NCBI GenBank assembly: GCA_018400695.1 | Contig: JAGYMF010000002.1 | Coordinates: 1 to 44,905, forward strand | DNA: 44,905 nucleotides | Direction: 5' to 3' | From: Bacteroidales bacterium | GTDB taxonomy: Bacteria > Bacteroidota > Bacteroidia > Bacteroidales > GCA-2748055 | Shown here: one piece after another, positions 38,589-44,905 of the stretch | Layout: each line of letters starts with the position of its first letter | How positions within the stretch are numbered: position 1 is the first letter of the stretch | Made by a program: the position numbers and the translations under genes | The notes under the pieces: model-generated | Databases searched by the model: none | Told to the model about the DNA's origin: nothing | Seen by the model: the letters and a program-made list of their open reading frames with translations, nothing else

Positions 38589-41500
38589 TCAAAGTGTATT
38601 GTAATTAATCTCCAGTACGACCCTGTTGTATTCATAGAGCTCATCCAGGTAATCCATCTCGATACAGAGCGCAGCATCCAGCGTATGGACCAACTCCAGG
38701 AAACTGATCTCCCCGGCGTCAAAACTCTCCTGTGCCGTCCTGATCAGCTCGGCAGAAATCTGCCGTCCGTTCTCTTCAAAATATGTGACCGTTCTGCGAC
38801 GCTTTTCCAATTCTTTCATAAGCTGTCCCAACCTGTTATCATAGCTCCTCCGATAATTCTCCAGCATCTGTTCGGACGCCTCCGCAGCATATTTCTCTGC
38901 CTTGATCCTGGCTTTCTGCTCGCCAAAAAACAGGGGGATTCCCAATCCGACCTCAAACACCTGGTAATTTCTGGCATCAGCATAACTGTTCGTTCCGTTG
39001 TAATAACCCAGCGTCAGATCCGGGAGCAGCCTGTTCTTCTCAACCTTCAGGTTCGCCTGCCGCAGGAGCACTGCATTTTCATGGTAATTGTATCCGGGAT
39101 CCGCCCCAATACCACCATGATTCACAGCCACCATTTTCGGCAGCTCTTCCTGAACCACAAAACTGCTGTCGAAATGCATCAGTGCAGCCAAATTTCCATG
39201 GGCAATTTCTACATCAAATTCCAACTGTTCCTGCATCAGTTTCATCCGGCTCTGCTGTGCCCGGGCATTCAGCATCTCCAGATAAGGACTCTCTCCCTGG
39301 TCATACTTCAGTGCCGCAGCCTCGGCATAATTCTCATAGATCTGGTTCACCTTGTCACACTGCTCCTTCTTCTTTTGCAAATAGTACAAATTATAATAGG
39401 CCCCTGTCACCTCCCGCGTCAACGTCCTGCGCATCTGCTCAACCTTGTCATTGGCCATTGTTGCAGCCATCGTATTGGCCTTCTTCTGAGCTACATACAG
39501 CGAAGGAAAATCAAACCGCTGCTCTCCACCGAGCACCCCGATGGGATAGTCGTTGTGGGCAATGTTGTTTTCATCATAGGTGTAAGAGATGGTGGCCCGG
39601 TCCAGGCTGAAGGCGGTAGCGATCAGGGCATCGCTCTCGGCCGCCAGTGCATTATATGCCGCCAGCTCACTGTTGTTTTGGTACGATATCTCCAACGCCT
39701 CATCAAGGGTAATGGTCTTTACCGGTTCTCCGGGCTGCGATGGAACAGCGAACAGGGCTGAAAACGGCAGCAAACAGATCAGCAACAGGGAAAGTCCCTT
39801 TCTGCCTTTCCGCCATCCGGGCAGACGAAGCTTGAGCGGCTTCATCTCATCAAAAATGGAATACAACAGTGGCAGCGCAAGCATGGTCAGCAGCGTAGAG
39901 GTAACAAGTCCTCCAATAACCACCGTTGCCAGTGGCCGCTGCACCTCCGCACCGGCAGAGGTTGAAATAGCCATGGGCAAAAACCCCATTGCTGCAGCTG
40001 AAGCGGTAAGCAATACCGGGCGCAACCGCTCCCTGGTTCCTTTAAGTACTCTCTCTTTCATATTGGTCACTCCTTTCTTTTTTAGTTCCTTCAGATAATC
40101 GATCAGAACAATGGCATTCAATACTGCCACGCCGAACAGGGCGATAAACCCGATACCGGCTGAAATGCTAAAAGGCATTCCCCTGATCCATAATAACATT
40201 ACCCCGCCAACAACAGCCAGCGGAATTGCCGTAAAAACCATGGCCGCTTCCTTCAGGGAGCCGAATGCAAAATGTAGGAAGATAAAGATCAACAGCAAGG
40301 CCACCGGCACCGCATATTTTAATCGTTGTGTAGCCTGCTCCAGGTTTTCAAATTGTCCCCCGTAATCCAGGTAATACCCGGCTGGCAACTCCAGGTTTTC
40401 ATTGAGGATCCCCTGAATATCTGAAACCACCGATTCCAGGTCACGGTTGCGGACATTCACGCTCACAACCACCCTGCGCTTGGCATCATCGCGCGAAATT
40501 TTTGCAGGACCAGTGGTATATTGAATATCTGCCAGCTCTTTCATGGGAACCTGCGCGCCGTTGGGCAGGCTGACAAGAAGGTTTCTGATATTTTCAATAT
40601 CCTCCCGGTAATCGGGATGAAGCCTCGTAACGAGCTCAAACCTTCGCTCCCCCTCGAAAATACTGCCTGCCGCACCCCCGGCAAAAGCAGTTGTGAGATA
40701 CTGGTTCAGCTCATCCACACTCATTCCATAATAGGCCAGCTTTCCACGGTTATAATCTACCTTCATCTGTGGCAATCCTTCTGTTTTCTCCACGATAATA
40801 TCTTCGGCACCAGGAACACCTTCGATCAGTGTCTTCACCTCCCCGGCCTTATCCGCCAGGATAGAAAGGTCCTCCCCGAACAACTTAATGGCCAGGTCAG
40901 CACGCACCCCTGTGATCAGCTCATTGAACCGCATCTCAATAGGCTGGGTAAACTCATATTCAATACCGGGCAGGACCGACAGGGCGTCCTTAAACAGTCC
41001 GGCCAGATCCTCCTTGCTATCGGCCGACACCCACTCCTTACGCGGATGCAGCTTTATGATCATATCAATCTCCTCCATGGACATCGGATCGGTGGGCACC
41101 TCAGCAGCACCGATACGGCAAACGATCTGATCCACTTCCGGAAACTCATCGATCAGAATACGCTCCATCTCTGTCGTCAACTCTATGGTTTTTGACAGTG
41201 ATGTACCGGTCTTTAGTACAGGCTGGATCACAAAATCTCCTTCATCAAGGGTCGGCACAAACTCTCCTCCCATTTTCGAAAAAACCACCCCGGTAAGCAC
41301 CAGTGAAGCAATTGCCAATCCGAAGATCACCCCCTTGTGGTCGTATGACCAACGGATCACGGGATCATACGAACGGTAAATCAGCCGCATGAAATAACGG
41401 GTAACTATAAATTGCTTTTCACCTTCCGGCCTGAGAAAGAGGGAGGCCGCAACGGGAAGCCATGTAAATCCGAAAAACATTGCACCCAGCAGGGCAAAGC

Positions 41501-42956
41501 TGAAAGAGAGGGCCATCGGGCGGAACATTTTACCCTCTACACCGGTAAGCATCAGCACCGGGATAAAAACGATCAGGATGATCACCTGTCCGAATATGGC
41601 CGAATTGATCATTTTCGATGCCCCGTCGAAGGTGATGCTGTCCATCATTGTCTGCCGCTCCGCACCAGAAGTCCCCTCAAGTTTGGCCCTGTTCACCGTC
41701 AGCCGGATCACAATAAACTCCACGATGATCACCGCTCCGTCAATAATAATACCGAAGTCAAGCGCTCCAAGGCTCATCAGGTTGGCATCAATACCGAAGA
41801 TATACATCATCGCTATTGTGAAAAGAAGTGACAGCGGAATGATGGAAGCAACGACCAGTCCCGACCGCAGGTTTCCCATCAGCAGCACCACTGTAAGGAA
41901 TACGATCAGGCAGCCGTAAAGCAGGTTCTCAAAAACCGTGTGCGAGGTCTTTCCTATCAGTTCGCTGCGTTCAACAATGGGGTTGATATAAACCCCCTCG
42001 GGAAGCGATTCCTGCACCTCATCCACGCGCTCCTTCACCGCTTTGATCACCTTGTTGGAGTTGGCATCCTTCAGCATCATGATCTGTCCCATCACCTTCT
42101 CTCCTTCACCATTGGCCGTGATGGCTCCAAACCTGTTGGCACTCCCGAAACGGACCTCAGCAAGGTCACGGACCAGCACAGGAATACCGTGATCATTCGA
42201 AACAACGACCTGCCTGAGATCCTCCAGCGACAAGATCAATCCATCGCCACGTATAAAGTAACTCTGATTCGTCTTTTCAATATAGGCCCCTCCGGCTACC
42301 CCGTTGTTCTCCTGCAGGGCCCGGTGCACATCCAGCAGGGAGACACCATAACGCTTCAGCGTTTCGGGATTTACAGCGACCTCATACTGCTTCAGGAAAC
42401 CTCCCCATGTATTCACCTCAACCACCCCCGGAATCCCCGAAAGCTGTCGCTTTACAATCCAATCCTGAATCGTCCGCAGGTCCATGATGGAATATTTCTC
42501 CTTATACCCCGGTTCCGTATCCAGGATATACTGATAGATCTCACCCAGCCCTGTAGAGATCGGTCCCATTTCGGGGGTCCCGAATCCCTCAGGAATATTG
42601 GCAGTTGCACTCTTTATCTTCTCTGCGATCAGCTGTCGGGGGAGATACGCGCCCAATTTATCTTCAAATACGATGGTGACCACGGACAATCCAAATTTCG
42701 AAATGGACCGTATCTCAGTTACACCCGGAAGATTAGACATCTCCAGCTCCACAGGATAGGTAATAAACTGCTCCACATCCTGTGTGGAAAGATTTGGCGA
42801 GGTAGTGATTACCTGCACCTGGTTGGTGGTAATATCCGGTACGGCACCAAGCGGAATCTGAAAGATGGCATAAACACCAAAACCTGCAACTAAAATTGTG
42901 AGTAATATCGCAATAAGCTTGTGCTTAATGCTTAAGTTGATCATCCTGTTCAGCAT
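38589..42956 (-). CDS. CzcA-like heavy-metal RND permease fused in frame to a TolC-family outer-membrane factor
   Basis: 1455 aa. Residues 1-1037 are CzcA-like (AVPDITTNQVQV, GPISTGLGEIYQY, 12-TM layout, ending ..ALPLLYSIFDE). Residues 1038-1455 begin MKPLKLRLPGWRKGRKGLSLLLICLLPFSALFAVPSQ and continue as a full OEP/TolC-like protein (ITLDEALEISYQNNSEL, LLPDLTLGYY, GEISFLELV). There is no stop codon between the two parts. Confidence 0.9.
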   Translation of the reverse strand: MLNRMINLSIKHKLIAILLTILVAGFGVYAIFQIPLGAVPDITTNQVQVITTSPNLSTQDVEQFITYPVELEMSNLPGVTEIRSISKFGLSVVTIVFEDKLGAYLPRQLIAEKIKSATANIPEGFGTPEMGPISTGLGEIYQYILDTEPGYKEKYSIMDLRTIQDWIVKRQLSGIPGVVEVNTWGGFLKQYEVAVNPETLKRYGVSLLDVHRALQENNGVAGGAYIEKTNQSYFIRGDGLILSLEDLRQVVVSNDHGIPVLVRDLAEVRFGSANRFGAITANGEGEKVMGQIMMLKDANSNKVIKAVKERVDEVQESLPEGVYINPIVERSELIGKTSHTVFENLLYGCLIVFLTVVLLMGNLRSGLVVASIIPLSLLFTIAMMYIFGIDANLMSLGALDFGIIIDGAVIIVEFIVIRLTVNRAKLEGTSGAERQTMMDSITFDGASKMINSAIFGQVIILIVFIPVLMLTGVEGKMFRPMALSFSFALLGAMFFGFTWLPVAASLFLRPEGEKQFIVTRYFMRLIYRSYDPVIRWSYDHKGVIFGLAIASLVLTGVVFSKMGGEFVPTLDEGDFVIQPVLKTGTSLSKTIELTTEMERILIDEFPEVDQIVCRIGAAEVPTDPMSMEEIDMIIKLHPRKEWVSADSKEDLAGLFKDALSVLPGIEYEFTQPIEMRFNELITGVRADLAIKLFGEDLSILADKAGEVKTLIEGVPGAEDIIVEKTEGLPQMKVDYNRGKLAYYGMSVDELNQYLTTAFAGGAAGSIFEGERRFELVTRLHPDYREDIENIRNLLVSLPNGAQVPMKELADIQYTTGPAKISRDDAKRRVVVSVNVRNRDLESVVSDIQGILNENLELPAGYYLDYGGQFENLEQATQRLKYAVPVALLLIFIFLHFAFGSLKEAAMVFTAIPLAVVGGVMLLWIRGMPFSISAGIGFIALFGVAVLNAIVLIDYLKELKKKGVTNMKERVLKGTRERLRPVLLTASAAAMGFLPMAISTSAGAEVQRPLATVVIGGLVTSTLLTMLALPLLYSIFDEMKPLKLRLPGWRKGRKGLSLLLICLLPFSALFAVPSQPGEPVKTITLDEALEISYQNNSELAAYNALAAESDALIATAFSLDRATISYTYDENNIAHNDYPIGVLGGEQRFDFPSLYVAQKKANTMAATMANDKVEQMRRTLTREVTGAYYNLYYLQKKKEQCDKVNQIYENYAEAAALKYDQGESPYLEMLNARAQQSRMKLMQEQLEFDVEIAHGNLAALMHFDSSFVVQEELPKMVAVNHGGIGADPGYNYHENAVLLRQANLKVEKNRLLPDLTLGYYNGTNSYADARNYQVFEVGLGIPLFFGEQKARIKAEKYAAEASEQMLENYRRSYDNRLGQLMKELEKRRRTVTYFEENGRQISAELIRTAQESFDAGEISFLELVHTLDAALCIEMDYLDELYEYNRVVLEINYNTL

Positions 42957-43120
42957 ATTGAGACACTTATGATGAATGCATATCGTTCAAAAATTCATTC
43001 AGTTAAAAATAATCAATTTGATTCGTTAACACACCATCTATCGGTTAAATGTCAGAGTTTATACAAGAATAATGTAAACTTTTAACGATAATATGTAAAA
43101 CAATTTGTCAGCCAATACGT

Positions 43121-43128
43121 TATATTTG
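43121..43128 (+). promoter_or_regulatory. -7-like box TATATTTG upstream of the small Cys-rich gene
   Basis: It ends 17 nt upstream of the ATG at 43146. There is no -33 TTTG at canonical spacing; the nearest TTTG is 13 nt away. Confidence 0.25.
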
Positions 43129-43145
43129 TGACATAAAATCTGATT

Positions 43146-43523
43146 ATGCTCAGGAAATTTGGCAATATAATGACGATGTGCCTGTTGTTGATCTCGACCA
43201 CGGGATTTGCCGTTTCTGAACATTTTTGTGGAACAGATCTTGTATCCATCGAATTGAATAAAGAGGCTGAGCCCTGCTGTGATAACGCAATGTGTTGTCA
43301 TTCCGAAACGCAGTTTTACCAGTTAGATGAAGATTTTATGTTTACTGCGACCAGTTACGATTTTGAAACCCTCACGGTAACAGATCTTCCCCAACTAGCA
43401 GTGCATCCACAATTTGACCTTACCAGAATTGATGCAGCGCAGGCCCTTTGTATTGACTTTGAGTCGCCTCCCCCGCCGGAAAGAAAAGTCATTCTTTCCA
43501 CACTTCAGATATATATATTATGA
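43146..43523 (+). CDS. Small membrane-anchored or secreted Cys-rich protein, HYC_CC_PP-like, a putative metal-binding accessory of the downstream CusA-like pump
   Basis: 125 aa with an N-terminal hydrophobic segment (MTMCLLLISTTGFAV). The motifs are EHFCG, PCCDNAMCCH and SPPPPE. The length and the H-aromatic-C / CC / PP pattern match what I recall of the NCBI HYC_CC_PP family found next to Bacteroidota heavy-metal RND genes. Confidence 0.6.
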   Translation: MLRKFGNIMTMCLLLISTTGFAVSEHFCGTDLVSIELNKEAEPCCDNAMCCHSETQFYQLDEDFMFTATSYDFETLTVTDLPQLAVHPQFDLTRIDAAQALCIDFESPPPPERKVILSTLQIYIL

Positions 43524-43615
43524 GTTTGCGCTCTGCTGAGCACGACAACCGTATATGATTAATTGCCTGAAAATTGATCATTATACTTTATTTGTAACAA
43601 TCTAATAAAATATAT

Positions 43616-44905
43616 ATGTTGAATAAAATAATCAAGTACTTTCTTGATAATAAATTGGTTACCATTCTGGTCCTTACCGTATTCATCGCATGGGGGATTG
43701 TAACAGCACCCTTTGGCTGGAACCTGGGCAACCTGCCTTCCGACCCGGTTCCGGTGGATGCCATCCCCGATATCGGAGAAAACCAGCAGATCGTATTTAC
43801 AGAATGGATGGGAAGGTCGCCCCAGGACATTGAGGACCAGATATCCTATCCCCTCACAACCTACATATTGGGTATACCAGGTGTGAAATCGATCAGGAGC
43901 ACATCAGTGTTTGGATTCTCCAGTATCTTCATTATTTTCAATGAAGATGTTGAATTCTACTGGTCCCGATCCAGGATCCTCGAAAAACTAAATGCGCTTC
44001 CCTCGGGTTTGCTTCCCGATGACGTTCAACCAGCCCTGGGGCCTGATGCCACGGCACTCGGCCAGGTATTCTGGTACACACTGGAAGGACGTGATCCCGA
44101 TGGCAATCCGACGGGTGGATGGGACCTGCATGAGATCCGGACCGTCCAGGATTTTTATGTAAAATATGGCTTGAACGCTACGGAAGGGGTCTCAGAAGTT
44201 GCTTCTATCGGTGGTTTCGTACAGGAATACCAGGTGGATGTGAATCCGGATGCCCTGAAAGCCTATAACATTCCCCTCCATAAGGTAATGATGGCCGTGC
44301 AGAAATCGAACCGTGACGTCGGAGCAAAGACCATCGAGATCAACCAGGCGGAATACCTGGTACGCGGATTAGGTTATGTAAAAAGCATCGAAGACCTTGA
44401 GGAGGCTATAGTTGCGGTGAAGGAAAATGTCCCCGTACGGATCAAAGATATCGCTGTTGTAAAGCTCGGCCCTGCCACAAGGCGGGGGGCCCTTGACAAA
44501 GACGGTGCGGAAGTTGTAGGTGGCGTAGTGGTGGCACGCTATGGTGCCAACCCGCTGCAGGTGATCAATAACGTGAAAGAAAAGATCATTGAGATCACAC
44601 CAGGACTCCCGAAAAAAACGCTGGAGGACGGGACCGAAAGCCAGCTTACCATCGTGCCCTTTTATGATCGTTCTGAACTGATCTACGAGACCCTGGGAAC
44701 ACTGGAAGAGGCCCTCTCATTGGAGATCCTGATCGCCATCCTCGTAGTAATCGTTATGGTCTTCAACCTGCGGGCCTCCCTGCTGATATCAAGTCTGCTT
44801 CCCATTTCGGTGCTCATGGTGTTTATCTCCATGCGTTATTTCGGGGTGGATGCGAACATCGTGGCGCTGTCCGGAATCGCCATCGCCATCGGCACCATGA
44901 TCGAC
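43616..44905 (+). CDS. CusA-like heavy-metal efflux RND permease, N-terminal 430 codons (runs off the window)
   Basis: ATG at 43616, open to the window end. It aligns by eye to E. coli CusA (PVDAIPDIGENQ, GPDATALGQ versus GPDATGVG, EVASIGGFVQEYQVDVNP, LSGIAIAIGTMID). It is absent from the ORF track because no stop codon lies inside the window. Confidence 0.92.
   Translation, partial: MLNKIIKYFLDNKLVTILVLTVFIAWGIVTAPFGWNLGNLPSDPVPVDAIPDIGENQQIVFTEWMGRSPQDIEDQISYPLTTYILGIPGVKSIRSTSVFGFSSIFIIFNEDVEFYWSRSRILEKLNALPSGLLPDDVQPALGPDATALGQVFWYTLEGRDPDGNPTGGWDLHEIRTVQDFYVKYGLNATEGVSEVASIGGFVQEYQVDVNPDALKAYNIPLHKVMMAVQKSNRDVGAKTIEINQAEYLVRGLGYVKSIEDLEEAIVAVKENVPVRIKDIAVVKLGPATRRGALDKDGAEVVGGVVVARYGANPLQVINNVKEKIIEITPGLPKKTLEDGTESQLTIVPFYDRSELIYETLGTLEEALSLEILIAILVVIVMVFNLRASLLISSLLPISVLMVFISMRYFGVDANIVALSGIAIAIGTMID

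Noticed and set aside
38583-39761. 392-aa ORF on the plus strand
   Set aside because: It lies entirely antisense to the TolC-like part of the fused RND gene. Its composition is skewed (rich in L, Q, H, R, I, P) with no recognisable motif. Long antisense ORFs like this are a common by-product of codon bias in the real gene.
41940-42893. 317-aa ORF on the plus strand
   Set aside because: It is antisense to the strongly CzcA-like N-terminal region and has no motif or signal of its own. I treat it as spurious.
1-44905. Scan for CRISPR arrays, long direct or inverted repeats, IS or transposase, integrase, phage or defence-system genes, rRNA and tRNA
   Set aside because: I recognised none by eye on either strand. 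Every ORF over 150 aa outside the features listed is antisense to, or out of frame with, a better-supported gene. A computational repeat and ncRNA scan would be needed to be certain.

Overview
This window looks like a mostly housekeeping chromosomal segment from a member of the Bacteroidota. The pointers are a fused SecDF, a GldA-type ABC ATPase, a DUF1080 lipoprotein, many lipobox signal peptides, TAnnTTTG-type -7 boxes and no obvious Shine-Dalgarno use. Coding density is high and GC content is moderate.

Genes I recognise from the translated ORFs:
- asnS-rpoN-PAP2-like (minus strand)
- a tandem universal stress protein, gldA-like ABC ATPase, and a TPR protein
- metK (preceded by a candidate SAM-II-like pseudoknot) and ribE
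- a saccharopine dehydrogenase family protein
- a tight minus-strand block: secDF, tatA, CaCA antiporter, ABC ATPase
- mdh
- a cytidylate-kinase-like protein
- a lipoprotein plus an atypical GH2-like protein, and a convergent lipoprotein
- gpmI
- a DUF1080 lipoprotein
- a 2-unit M16 peptidase
- corA plus an AI-2E permease
- clpB
- a GH51 arabinofuranosidase
- an S9 peptidase

The only clearly accessory-looking region is the 3' end (37.4-44.9 kb). It holds two divergent heavy-metal RND efflux modules.
- Module 1 is a CzcA-like pump fused in frame to a complete TolC-like outer-membrane factor. The fusion junction carries an internal Met plus a signal-peptide-like segment. A membrane-fusion (adaptor) lipoprotein gene follows.
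- Module 2 is a small Cys-rich protein (HFC / CC..CCH / PPPP motifs) directly upstream of a CusA-like pump that is truncated by the window edge.

This fusion and small-protein arrangement is my best candidate for something under-described. I found no rRNA, tRNA, CRISPR array, IS element or phage-like genes. All functional calls rest on by-eye motif and family recognition, not on database searches.
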